DNA of 63,991 nt, the filler included, from Blastocystis sp. subtype 4 (Eukaryota): assembly GCF_000743755.1 (NCBI RefSeq). It is 23 parts of 23 records of this genome, joined end to end, with 100 filler letters (N's around TTAATTAATTAA, not from the genome) between each part and the next. Parts side by side here need not be neighbours in the genome. Positions count along the whole stretch, not along the records: positions 11,668 to 15,727 come from NW_014568901.1; positions 15,828 to 18,478 come from NW_014568900.1; positions 18,579 to 21,171 come from NW_014568899.1; positions 21,272 to 23,859 come from NW_014568898.1; positions 23,960 to 26,536 come from NW_014568897.1; 18 more parts are not named here. The stretch is one strand, 5' to 3'. The translations under genes were made by a program, and so were the position numbers. Numbering within the stretch: the first letter of the stretch is position 1; every line of letters begins with the position of its first letter. Below are positions 12,612 to 24,590 of the stretch, piece by piece. The notes under the pieces were generated by a model. The model saw nothing but the letters and a program-made list of their open reading frames with translations. It ran no database searches and had not been told where the DNA came from.

Positions 12612-13895
12612 TTACATACAAATCTCATTCCAATTCACATTAGGAACACTCAGTCCAGGAAGACAAATGTTACGAAGAAGATTTGAAGTAGTCTCACTGA
12701 AAGGGAAAGAATGACCACACTTCTCATGAAGAGCAATACTAAGTTCTCTCACACAAGAAGCAGAATAACTCTCAGAAGGAGTTCTCAAAGCCTTATCAGC
12801 AGCCTTCTCATTCATCAAAGCAGCTCCAAGTCTCATCACTTCAACTTCACGCTTAGCAGATTCAAAGGCAAGCTTCTCATATTCAGCAAGAGCAACAGCA
12901 GATTCAGACTTATCAGCACGAATAGCTCTCCATTTAGCAAGATGAAGAGGAACCTGATCAAGAGACACAGTAGAAGCAGAGGAAGTCTTCTTCACAGAAC
13001 GGAAAGAAGGAGCAGGAAGTTCTCCAAAGAACTCAGAAAGAGGAAGATCTCTGAAGGACATATCTCCAAATTCACTCACATTCTGATCAGAAGTCTCAGC
13101 AACCTCCTTCATAACAGCATCAACAATCTCTCCAATGGTAGTCTTAGGATTCTGTTCAAGATAAGCAAGATATGAGTTATCCCAAAGTCCAGCAAGACAG
13201 GTATCAAGAGACTTTCCAGCAACCACATCATCAGGAGGACAATTACTCATCCAAGCATTGTGATGAGCATCAGAAGAAGTCATTACATAGATATTCCAGT
13301 CATCAGGAAGTTCAAGGAACATAGAACCAGAATGACAAGCCTCCATGAACCAAACCCATTTGCCATACAACTTATCAAAAGCAGTCTTAAGAGCAGCAAG
13401 CAATTGCTTATCAGTAACAACACCATCACCAACAGCAATGATACCATCGTTACCGTGATCAATGAAATAAGTGAATACAGTATCTTCAGGACCAGCAGCA
13501 AGAACCTTAGGATTCTCCTTTCCAGTCTTAGCTGTTACAGTTTCAGCATCTCCAGAGAGAATAGCAAGGAATACAGAAGGAGTAATCTCCTTATCAGTGT
13601 AATCAACATGCTCAAAACAACCATACTTAGCCCAATCACCATCAGTAGTCTCAGCAGGGTCAGTGAAGATCATTCCCTTGAAAGGATTCATGTAAGCGGT
13701 AACATCAGTAGTGTAGGTCATATAGATGATATTTTCAGGCTTGATTCCAGCCTTAATCAAATCATCATAAGTACGGCAAGGATCAGAAGTAATAGAGTAG
13801 TTACCCCAACCATCAGCTCCACCAAAGACCATAGCATACTTCTCAGCAGCAGCAATAGCTGCAATGAGAGCAAGAATCATGAAAGAAGTTCTCAT
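12612..13895 (-). CDS. Legumain-like C13 cysteine peptidase with signal peptide
   Basis: GWGNY, YFIDHG (catalytic His), MEACHSGSMF (catalytic Cys), and a C-terminal Cys-containing prodomain. Intronless. Confidence 0.95.
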   Translation of the reverse strand: MRTSFMILALIAAIAAAEKYAMVFGGADGWGNYSITSDPCRTYDDLIKAGIKPENIIYMTYTTDVTAYMNPFKGMIFTDPAETTDGDWAKYGCFEHVDYTDKEITPSVFLAILSGDAETVTAKTGKENPKVLAAGPEDTVFTYFIDHGNDGIIAVGDGVVTDKQLLAALKTAFDKLYGKWVWFMEACHSGSMFLELPDDWNIYVMTSSDAHHNAWMSNCPPDDVVAGKSLDTCLAGLWDNSYLAYLEQNPKTTIGEIVDAVMKEVAETSDQNVSEFGDMSFRDLPLSEFFGELPAPSFRSVKKTSSASTVSLDQVPLHLAKWRAIRADKSESAVALAEYEKLAFESAKREVEVMRLGAALMNEKAADKALRTPSESYSASCVRELSIALHEKCGHSFPFSETTSNLLRNICLPGLSVPNVNWNEICM

Positions 13896-14240
13896 ATTTG
13901 CTTACAAAAAGAAAAGTGAAAAACCCTAACTTGATATGATGACGATGGACAAAAAAATAAATGTCATTTAGTATAGGAAATACCAATCCCTATTTATTAT
14001 TAATTCTAAGGTTATCATGTTTAGAATATGCCTATTGTTGTTAGATATACGAAATTGCAGTATAGTATTCTTAGAACCAGTGAATACTATAAATAAACAA
14101 ATCCTAGTATTGAAAGAATCGCGATTCTAAATAAATGTCATAAAAGTCATCATGTCATTCTTGGCTAAAATACCCATTCCATGCTTATCTTATGATAACA
14201 ACAAACAAACACTCAACATCACCCTACCCACATCACACAG

Positions 14241-15548
14241 CTACAATGTACTGCTACTGGCGGTTTCAACAACAACAGTATCATGAGCGATAGTACTGTC
14301 CTCCGAATCTTTATCCTGTTTTTCCACATCTGTAATAGGAACTGGCTTCAATTCCTTTTTCTTGTCACGATGATGTACCCAAAAGAGAAGCAGGCAGGGA
14401 ATCAGAGTATAAATAACATTGCAGCGGAAACCCCATTCATTTCCAATAAATTCGTTAACGTAACCAATCAACAGCTGGACTAAACCATTTGTGGCACCTG
14501 AAATAAAAATTACAACTGATGAGATTAGCGAAGTATTTTCAGGGAATATGCGCATCATTAAGCACATGTATGTTGGAAACATAATTCCAATGAAATAGCC
14601 AGTAAATGGAATAACCCAGATTCCATTTTTGCCTACAGCAAATCCAACAACATAAATGATAATAACAATGATCAATGAACCAAAGAGAGAAGTATAATAA
14701 CCAAGCTTTTCGATTATAAAACCAGAGAAAAGACGAGAGACAGTAAAGAGGACATAGAAAAGGGAAACAAAAGTAGCTCCTTCCTTTTCAACACTCAAAC
14801 CATAGACATCACGATAATATAAGGCACCCCAATTCGAAGCACCAAACTCAATTACTTCCATAAATCCCAATGTAACAGCACAGAGCCAAACAAATGGCAT
14901 TCGTAAAACGTTACAAACGGAAAGCTTCTTCGAATTCTCAGAGCTGTCATTAGAATTCGTATTAGTAGATGATGAAAATGGGGTTATTAAGGCTAAAAGG
15001 AAGAAAACTACAACAGGAATTGTTATCAACTTGTAAACACCCTTATAGGAATCTTGTGTAAGCCTTACAAGTAGAGAAGCTATTTGGGGACCTATGATTG
15101 CACCAAGACCATAAAAGAAGTGCATTAGATTCAAATAAACGGCACTATTCTTAGTGAATACTTGTTGAGCCAGAGCATTGTTACCAACTTCCCAAAATCC
15201 AAATCCCATCCACACTACCATCAACGACAAGATTACTGTGACAAACGACGGAACAAAAGCCGTAATGACACAACCAACCAAAGTGAATCCATACCCCAAT
15301 ACGATACTAGACTTGACTCCAAATCGATTAATAACGATTGTACTCACAAGACAGAAAATGACATACCCATACCACGAAATTGATACCAAATATCCCTGAA
15401 AATCATAACTTGCGTTAAAGACATCCTTTATCAATGGAAACGTAACACCCTTGAGATTCTCAATAATCCCAAACATTGTCATTGTTGCATAGGTAACTAT
15501 TACGAGGGCAACATATCGACAACGTCCCTTCGACTCGCTGTTTGTCAT
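14241..15548 (-). CDS. MFS transporter (FucP/glucose-galactose-like)
   Basis: About 12 hydrophobic segments, NRFGVK loop, NLMHFFYGLGAIIGP, EFGASNW and SRLFSGFIIEKLG. Intronless. ATG at 15548. Confidence 0.88.
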   Translation of the reverse strand: MTNSESKGRCRYVALVIVTYATMTMFGIIENLKGVTFPLIKDVFNASYDFQGYLVSISWYGYVIFCLVSTIVINRFGVKSSIVLGYGFTLVGCVITAFVPSFVTVILSLMVVWMGFGFWEVGNNALAQQVFTKNSAVYLNLMHFFYGLGAIIGPQIASLLVRLTQDSYKGVYKLITIPVVVFFLLALITPFSSSTNTNSNDSSENSKKLSVCNVLRMPFVWLCAVTLGFMEVIEFGASNWGALYYRDVYGLSVEKEGATFVSLFYVLFTVSRLFSGFIIEKLGYYTSLFGSLIIVIIIYVVGFAVGKNGIWVIPFTGYFIGIMFPTYMCLMMRIFPENTSLISSVVIFISGATNGLVQLLIGYVNEFIGNEWGFRCNVIYTLIPCLLLFWVHHRDKKKELKPVPITDVEKQDKDSEDSTIAHDTVVVETASSSTL

Positions 15549-16137
15549 CCCAATAGAAAAGTGATAAAGACGGCGTTTCGGATGTAATTGATCCTCATGG
15601 AACACAATGGAATAGACCGATTTTAAGTATCGATGGAGTGAGGATGGTGAATGTGATTGCCTCTGGAATAGGAATAGAATGACTGAATCTCTTTGGAATT
15701 GTCTTTCGAGGACTCCGTCGAACCATANNNNNNNNNNNNNNNNNNNNNNNNNNNNNNNNNNNNNNNNNNNNTTAATTAATTAANNNNNNNNNNNNNNNNN
15801 NNNNNNNNNNNNNNNNNNNNNNNNNNNTCTCATTCTCATCTTCTACAAATCTAAACTAAACAGAATGATATGGATGATGTAGATTGAGATAGATTGTAAT
15901 GAATATGAATAGAATGAAGTATGAAACAAAGAATTGGATGAGATAGAAGAATAAAATGAATCCCCGTGAACTCATCATTTCCATCTGAACAAAAGAGTCA
16001 AATCTCACACAAATCAACTCATCATCATCATTTGTCTTGTTCTGAATGGAATGAAACTCGATTATCGATAGATTTGAAGAATTGGTGGTTTGTTAATCAA
16101 TTCATTACACTTTTGTTATCTCAGTTTTGTTTCTATT

Positions 16138-18478
16138 ATGAGTGATACAACGATACAAGTGGATACTGAAGGATTCTGTTTGGATGGATTTCACCAAAAG
16201 TCAATTCAAATGGAGAATCCCTTGTCAACAACTAATGGAAGGGGATATGTAACCTATGAGAAAGATGGAAAGTCGTATACACTGATAACAACATTTGTGA
16301 ATGGAAAGAAGGAAGGAAAGGGTATTCTTGTAGATGGTGATTATGAAGTGGTTGGAAAAGTGAATTTCGTTGATGATAAAGTGATAGATGATTCAAGAAG
16401 AGATGAAAGAAATGTGAATGAAGTGAATGAAGAATTGAAGAGGAAGTTGAAAGGGTCTGGAAAGAGTAAGAAATTGAAGATTGTGAATGGAAAGAAGAGA
16501 TGGAATTGGTGGATAATGTTGTGGATTGTTGTTGGATTGATAGGAATGATAGTTGGTTATGAATTGGTGTGGTATGTGATAATGATGATTCGAGGTTCAG
16601 GTAATGTGGTGATTCATAACTATGAAGAATATCGTCATCTGCCGTCATTTGTTCATAGTAATATCCGTAATCTGGAATTCAGTGAAGGAGCATGTGTATC
16701 TGTTTCAAGTTTGTCATTGAGTTCATTTGTGAATTGTGAGTCAGTAGTGATAAAAGAGAATGCATTGATGAATGTACGATGGGTAGAAGCAAAAGGATTG
16801 AAGCGATTGAAGAAGATTGAAGTGGGATTGGGATGTCTGTTGAATGTGGATANNNNNNNNNNNNNNNNNNNNNNNNNNNNNNNNNNNNNNNNNNNNNTAG
16901 TAAGTGGATTGGTATTTGAAGAAGGAAGATGTGATGAGATAGAAGAGTTGATTGTGAATGAGAATGAATGGAAGAATGTGAGAAGTATTGAAGTGAAAAG
17001 GAATGGATTGAAAGGAGTGATAAGTGTGAATGTGAATGGATTGAATGGATTGGAATTGTTGAAAGTGGAGAATGGAGGATTGAAGAATGTGGAGAGAATT
17101 GTGATTGGATCGAATTCATTGAATGGAGAAATGGTATTTGATATGGGAGAGGATGTATGGAAGAATGTGAAGAGTATTGAGATTGGTTCAGGATGTTTAA
17201 GAAGAGTATCAGGAGAATGGATTGATTTGTCTAGACTTGATGATATTGAGAGAATGATAATTGGAAGTGATAGTGTGAATGGAATTGTGAATATGAGAAT
17301 GAATGGATTGAATGATTTGATTGAAGTTGAGATTGGAAGTGGAAGTCTAATGACAATTGAAAGGATTGAGATTGGATATGATTCATTGTCATCTGTTGGT
17401 TGTATAGATATGAGTCGATTTGTGAATATGAAGGAATTGATAATCAGATCTGGATCATTAGGTGAAATTGAGAGTTTGAGATTGAATGGATTGGAAAGAA
17501 TGGAAGTGGGATTGGGTAGTTTGAGTGGAGTGAAGGTGTTGGAGATTGGTGATAATTCGTTGAATGATAGAGAGTTTAAGAGTCTAGATCTGAGANCATT
17601 TGAGAGTGTGGAGAGAATTGAGATTGGAAGGAATTCGTTAATGAATGTTGAGAGTGTTTTGATTGATGGTATTAGTTGTTTGCGTGAATGGATTGTGGGT
17701 TCGAATAGTCTTGAGATGGTGCAAAGGTGAGTGAATGAGAATGAAATGATGAATAGAATGAATGGAGAAGATGAAATGAATTTGAGTGTATTTGAGAATC
17801 TGAATAGAATGAGAATGGGATGTAATAGTTTTGAGGGAATAAGGAGTGTGCGAATGAATGGATTGAATGAATTGATTGAGTTGAGTATTGGAAGTGGTAG
17901 TTTGAATAGAGTTGAAAGTGTTGAGATTGGATCGAATTCTTTGAATTCTCTTTCACATTTGGACATGAGTTCATTATCGAAAATGAGAAGATTGGATATT
18001 GGTTCAGAATCAATGAATGAATTGAGAGTATTGAATGTGAGAAGACTAGTGGATCTGAGAAGAATGAATATTGGAGAATCAAGTCTTGTGAGTATTGAAG
18101 AGTGATGATTGATTGAAAGAGTGATGAATAGAGTTGAAGTGGATGATGATGTTATTATGAATTGGAGACCAAGAGTGAATTCAAGTAGTCAATTGAATCG
18201 AATTCCTCGGAATGTGATTGGATTGATTGTGAATGATAACAGTTGTAATGATTTGAGAGAATTGGATTTGAGTCGATTTGAGATGTTAGAGAGTATTGAG
18301 ATTGGTTCAAATGCTTTGAAGAATGTGAAGAATGTGAGTATGAATGGATTGAATGAAATTGAGATTGGAAATGGTGGATTGATTGGAGTAGAAAGAGTGG
18401 ATATTGGATCCAATTCTCTCAATTCAATCTCTTCATTTGATTTCAGTTTGTTTTCAAATGTGAAAGTGATTGAGATTG
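16138..18478 (+). CDS. Type II membrane protein with short MORN-like N-terminus and long LRR-like repeats (possibly disrupted)
   Basis: FVNGKKEGKG, TM WWIMLWIVVGLIGMIVGYELVWYVIMM, then many 'LNxLxxIEIGxxSL' repeats. In-frame stops at ~17730 and ~18105, internal N gap. Confidence 0.7.
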
Positions 18479-18578
18479 NNNNNNNNNNNNNNNNNNNNNN
18501 NNNNNNNNNNNNNNNNNNNNNNTTAATTAATTAANNNNNNNNNNNNNNNNNNNNNNNNNNNNNNNNNNNNNNNNNNNN

Positions 18579-19420
18579 AGACCAACCTGATGTATCATCA
18601 CCAAACCAATTGGTAGGCACTTCACCCATCTTATAATACCATTCTTCTGAATGATTGATAGAAGGACGACGAACATAATGATGATGAACATTGTTCTGAT
18701 CAGTATCATATCGTCCTTTCAGAACCATCTCTTGCTCACCTTCAGGTAACATATGATACAAATAGAAATAGGAGTTCTCCCTCCATGAGGTGTTCGTTGA
18801 ATTGAACACAACATCAAATCGATCCACATCAATATCAATACAATGAATCCAATCCTGCTTAGCAGGATGTGAGTGGTTAACTGGAACTTCAAATATCACA
18901 TTACCAGTGGCTGTATCATAAATACTGAAGAATTCTGACTTAGGAGATGTTTGATAGGTTCGAACAATCTTATAATTCAAACATTCATCTCTTGTTGATT
19001 GCAAAGGATTCATATTGATAATCGAGGAAGAAAGTGAAAACTGTACAATTTCAACACTCTTCTCTGTCATTATGGTTTCTATCACAATGCCACCGGTCAT
19101 ATCTCGAATCACAATCCAAGCACCATTACTCCAACCATCATTTCCAGTATCCAGCAGCTTGAGACAATACAAGGAAGAAACAGAGAAAGGTAAACACACT
19201 TCCAATACCTGTTCTTGGTTATCTTCAAACAATGGAGAAGAATACAACAACATATCTCCTCCAAAGATCTGAAACGATTCCTCCTTTGCAAATAGAAGAC
19301 TTCTTTTGGTAATATTCACATACACTTCATTAGGAGTACATTCAATACCATAAACAAGTCCAACTAACGATAACAGCCACTGCCCTCAATAATACCTAGC
19401 AACAACACGACAATGATACG
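18579..19420 (-). pseudogene. Ig-repeat surface protein family member, N-terminal part with large internal deletion
   Basis: Homologous to 24591-26536 at the N-terminus (DTGNDGWSNGAWI) and at YKIVRTY..WYYKMGEVPTNWFGDD. The ~380 aa between these blocks are absent. Confidence 0.65.
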
Positions 19421-20107
19421 GTATAGCATAGTAGAACGAAACCAAGCAATCTCTATTTCAGAAGTACAGTTTCTTCTATAACCAACTTTTCTGATTCATG
19501 ATATAATAATCATAACATACCTAACTAACTACTGAACGTGCATGACGGTTATTTGTTCTTTGTATTACAACACATCAATTCTCTCTTTTAGAAAGCAACA
19601 CTACTACACTTAGTCTATAACTGATTTCAATCGTATTATTCTCACTTTTCATTACTTCAGTTATGAAAGGAGCTATGACAGAAGAGGATCTATTATGAGA
19701 CCTGATGTCACTGAGTTGGGGAGGGAGGTGCTGGGTACTTCTCTCATACGGCAATAGTGTGACAAGAGTTTGCATTGATAACTGAATCATAAACATGGAA
19801 GATGGTGTAGTTCACAAGGTATCATACAACCACGAATAGCGTCACTAATGTGTAGACTTATTTGATAGGCGCTGATATGGTAGAAAATGGATAATAGGTA
19901 CGAGTATTCTTGGTGAGGATATTGAAGGTTGTGTGACGATAAAGACTTTCTGTAATTGTGTTGCATTAATGCAAAACTTATTCAACATCGATAGAGAGTT
20001 TTTGAAATAGTCAACGCCCTATATCATCACCCTGAATTCGATTTGGATGGCAATACAATGATTTCATTTTGTATAACTCTTATACTCCATGATTCCACGG
20101 CTGGATT

Positions 20108-21073
20108 AGTAGTAGTGTTCTGACGCATGTTACATATTCTATAGTTTCCAGACAAACCGTCATCAGCATGTGTCTCCAACACTGGATAGCTATACAGCAC
20201 AATTAGTGATCAAATAGGAAGACTCATTTTGCCATTTAGAGCCAATTTGTTGGGGATTAATAACAAGAATTGTGTCGATTAGTAAATGTACTCTCAATAA
20301 TCATTCAAGGTAAATCATCGAATGGATCATTCACGAAACAATCCTTGGCGATTCAACAATCATTCTACAATCATGCAAGTACTATTCATACCTCCTTCAG
20401 ATACTCTATTCTCAAACATTGATCACACTCATACTGTATCTAATGGTAAAGGAGAATCTGTTGTGTTTGATAAAGGATACTATACTATCTCACATCACTG
20501 CTATGCTCAGTCAAATACAACAATATCATTCTCAATATCCAATACTTTAGTTATGGTTGTATTCACATTGATTCCAATTGTTCAGTGTGAATGAAGAACA
20601 AGTGATTGATAGAAGCAGAACAGATTACTATTTGAAAAATCCTAACAAGTTGATATCAGATTGAAGAATTGATATGAATGATGAATGTAGTGATGCTTGA
20701 ATTGATGTAGAGTGGTGAGAATACCTTCTGAATATCAGTGAATGGCTTCAATACACTCGATTTCTCCTGTCTGTATCTGATATCTCAAAAACAAATATCA
20801 ATAATGTCACAATCATCTTCATCAATTCAGATTCATCACAATCCTTAGCTTCTACACCTTTCTTCTCGTTCAATCGTTTTCATCTGTCTCACCTTCAAAT
20901 GTTCAAACTTATCAAACTTGCTGTTAATCACTCACCAATTTGACTTGAAATGGTAGAGTGATCCTTCCATCTTCTTGCCGTTTCCCTCTATAACTACCCA
21001 GAGTTGGAGACCCATGCTGGTGACGGTTTTGTCTGCTTCCAATTTGTACATGACATACATCAAAACGATAGTA
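20108..21073 (+). mobile_element. Miniature Polinton-like element: imperfect ~90-bp TIRs flanking a decayed penton-like ORF
   Basis: Left end AGTAGTAGTGTTCTGACGCATG..CAGACAAACCGTCATCAGCATGTGTCTCCAACACTGGATAGCTATA is the inverted counterpart of TATAACTACCCAGAGTTGGAGACCCATGCTGGTGACGGTTTTGTCTG at ~20989-21035. Frameshifted ORF starts at ATG 20286. Confidence 0.7.
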
Positions 21074-21561
21074 TGTTCTTGATAGGTGTGATAAACAGAA
21101 ATAGAGTATTGATAAGAGTATAGATGTAATAAGAATATGAGAATGAAATAAGAATAGATGATGATTGAATGNNNNNNNNNNNNNNNNNNNNNNNNNNNNN
21201 NNNNNNNNNNNNNNNTTAATTAATTAANNNNNNNNNNNNNNNNNNNNNNNNNNNNNNNNNNNNNNNNNNNNTAATCGGAACAAGCATAGTATTTCTAAGA
21301 AGACACTCGAGAGAAAACAGCAGTTGATTTGAACATGTTTCACAATCTTTCATCTGAGAATCTGTTTGTTAAGAAATGTAACAAAGAGTCTTAGTAAATT
21401 GATAGTTCTTGTCACATTCTGATAATGGAAGAATACCGACAATGGAAATAAGCAATAATAATTCAATCTGCAGATGTAGAGTTATCCTTTGTATATTATG
21501 GTGAAGAAGATTAATGAATTCAATTAGTTAATAGCCAAATCTGTTAGTTATTTAGATTCCG

Positions 21562-23456
21562 ATGAGCTCTAACATTGAATTGAATACAATAGATTCATCA
21601 AAGAGGTTTCTTTCGGAATATACAATCGAATCGGTTGAAAGAGATGGTGAAGAGATGATTATGAAAATGGAAGGAAAAGAAGGAAAAGTTCGAATGAAAG
21701 CCAGTATGAAGAATGGGAAAAAAGAAGGAAAGGCGGTGGTTCTAAGAGAAAACAATACTATACTTATGGAGTTATGTTATAAGCATGACGAACTTAATGG
21801 AGAGATGATTGTATATAACAAATTGGGAAAAGTGGTGGAAAGAGGAATGCTGAAGCATGGAGTAAAGTGGGGAGTATTCCTAGAATATGACAAGGATGGA
21901 AGAGTATTAAAAGAAGAATTCTATCAGAATGGAAAGAAAAGAGGATACATGAAAGAGAGTCAAAGGATGAAAGGAATGCTTGAAGAGAGGAACGAAGAAG
22001 GTGAAATAATCAGCGTTGCGGAATATGGAAGTACGTATACAAAGAATGGAATCTGCTATGAATATGAAGGAGGGAAGGTGAAAAGAAAGTGTTATTATTC
22101 AAATGGGGAGATGACACAAGTGATGAGCGAGATAAATGGAGATAAAATGACGGAATATGACTCCACAGGGAAGAGAATATATGAAGGAGGATATGTTTTT
22201 GAAGAGGAGAAGGGTATGATAAGAGAAGGAGAAGGCACAGAATATGGGAGTGATGGGGAATCTGCTCTGTTCTATGGGTTCTTTCAGAATGGAAAACGGA
22301 ATGGAGAGGGAACTCTCTTTAATGGAATTCATCCACAATATATTGGAGAATGGAAAAATGGTAAGCGACATGGAAAGGGAGAAGAATATGATAACAATCA
22401 TTGTCTGGTGAAAAAAGGAAAATGGATTGATGATGTGTTTGAAAGAGATTTAATTCCTTCATTCGGTTTGAATGATGAAATGGAGGAGTATACTGTGAAC
22501 AAGAAGAGTTACAATACTCCTGAGTTCAATCTTATTATGATTTCAAATCTACCCAAATTGAAACAGGTGGTAATTGGTAACAGTTGCTTTAAGAATACAA
22601 CAAGATTCATAGTTGAAGGATTAAACGAACTTGAATCTCTAAAGATTGGCAAATGGTGTTTTACATCGGAGAAACATGAAAATGGAATTTTAGTATCCAC
22701 AAAAGGATCTGAATGTCAAATAATCAGTTGTCCAAAACTACGGACAATTACTATAGGAAGCAGTTCATTCACAGATTATGTGAAAATAGAATTGAAAAAA
22801 CTCCCTTCTCTTCTATCACTCTTTATTGGATGTGACAGCTTTTTGTGGGTGAAATCCTTTGTCCTGAAAGGTAAGTGTTTGATTGTTCATGTTAATTCCT
22901 TGATCTTCCTTCAATTCAGGAAGTCACTATCGGTGACCATTCTTTCTGGTATTGTCACTCTGTTGTCTTTGATAGTAAACTTGACTAGAAAATGACATTT
23001 AGACCTTCCCAATTGTGAATCGATCAAATTGGGAATTGCCGCTTTCAGAGGAGATGGTCGAGATGAGAGGAAATCAACTACTACGGAGCCATTCAGTTAC
23101 AAAAACACGTTAACAATGAGGAGTATCATCTATTGACAGTCTCATAATCCAAAGATCTCCCACATCTTTCACGCTTCTTTGGAAAGAGAGCACAAATGGC
23201 TTACCAGATGTGTGGAGGGAACTTCCAGTTCATGGGTTCAGTTATCCTTGACAGTATGAGTATAAAAAGAGTTGATTGTAGATGTATCCAATATCACAAG
23301 TACAACCATTTCAATGGGTGATTATTCATTCTATTATGTCAATAGTATAGTAGCTAATAGTAGGTACTTCATTCTGTCAAAACCATAGATGCAAGTGTAT
23401 TAGAAATGTATATCAACAGTATGAAAGGTCTGACACCATGTTGTTGTTACCAGTAG
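21562..23456 (+). CDS. MORN-repeat plus LRR-like protein, intron-containing 3' part
   Basis: YEGGY..REGEGTEY and YIGEWKNGKRHGKG repeats, then LPKLKQVVIGNSCF / LNELESLKIG repeats. Several ~30-nt introns after 22870. Confidence 0.82.
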
Positions 23457-23739
23457 TCTCTGGGTTTGTTTGATGTAAAAGCGATGATCTGCATCACAAT
23501 AAATACGGAAGAATAGCTTCTTGAATCAATACTATGAATATTTGGAGTTACTAGAAGATTACGGGAAAGAGGTCAATATGATTACATATGTAATACATTA
23601 CATACCATTCGTATACGAAGTATTACTAAAATACACCTTGAGCCATCGAATTGTCCAGTTGACCTTAGGACAACGATAAGTTGTACTGATACCAATGGAT
23701 TCTGATTATTTAAGCACAAGGAATAGCATCTGATATGAT

Positions 23740-23859
23740 CTATTTGATTTGGTGATGAAGGGACCAACTGCTGTGACTCTTGGTCTGGATCCTGAGTACT
23801 TCCAATACTATCGTAATGATCGTGAGGAAGGTCCTTACTTCGATACTGCCTTCTGGAGA
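23740..23859 (+). pseudogene. Possible papain-like (C1A) peptidase fragment
   Basis: LVMKGPTAVTLGLDPEYFQYY resembles the GPxxV..FQxY motif. The upstream sequence is not open. Confidence 0.35.
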
Positions 23860-23959
23860 NNNNNNNNNNNNNNNNNNNNNNNNNNNNNNNNNNNNNNNNN
23901 NNNTTAATTAATTAANNNNNNNNNNNNNNNNNNNNNNNNNNNNNNNNNNNNNNNNNNNN

Positions 23960-24058
23960 GGAATTGTTGCTAGTGGTACTCATGAAGAGTTATTGAAGTC
24001 TTGTGATTTCTATTCTAATCTTGTTCATGGACAAATGGAATCAAGTCCTTTGGCCTAA
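23960..24058 (+). CDS. ABC transporter C-terminal end
   Basis: GIVASGTHEELLKSCDFYSNLVHGQ..*, followed by TGTTTGTT. Confidence 0.8.
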   Translation, partial: GIVASGTHEELLKSCDFYSNLVHGQMESSPLA

Positions 24059-24590
24059 GGAAAGTGTGTTTGTTCTTATGAATGTGTATTCATTTCTATC
24101 ATCTCAGTTCCATTAGAGTAATAAGAATACATGAAAAAAAAGAAGAAGTATATATTCCATGATTCGAATGCCATTTAGTATAACTACTTGTCACTATCTC
24201 AATTCACTATGTTTCCTTCTGATGGGATAGATCAACAAACTGTATAGCTATATCCTCGCTGAACAAAAAGAATGAAACCTGATTTTTGCAGACACGAAAA
24301 GAAAATATACACTACCTTATCATTTGGTTGATTCCATACGAAGAAAGATGACAGAATAAGAGATGGACAAATTATGTTCCTTAAAAACCGAATGTCATTT
24401 GCTCCTAATAATTACGAATTCTATTTTCGAGAGAGTACTAACCATGTACTTTCCGAATTGACACAATTCGGAAATAACGACCGTAGTGACATCTGGTTGC
24501 TAATTATGTGATTACTATTCGTGAATTCTATTAGAAATCGAAAGGACACAAATCACCATTACGTATTATAATTAATTCTTCGTTTTCAGA

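Noticed and set aside
16653..17966. Long antisense ORFs (also 4924-5496, 11938-12714, 13260-13919, 33877-34467, 44110-45189)
   Set aside because: Shadows of codon-biased sense genes, with no recognisable motifs.
20095..20107. Target-site duplication for the miniature element
   Set aside because: Left flank (CTGGATT) does not match the sequence after the eroded right end (TGTTCT).
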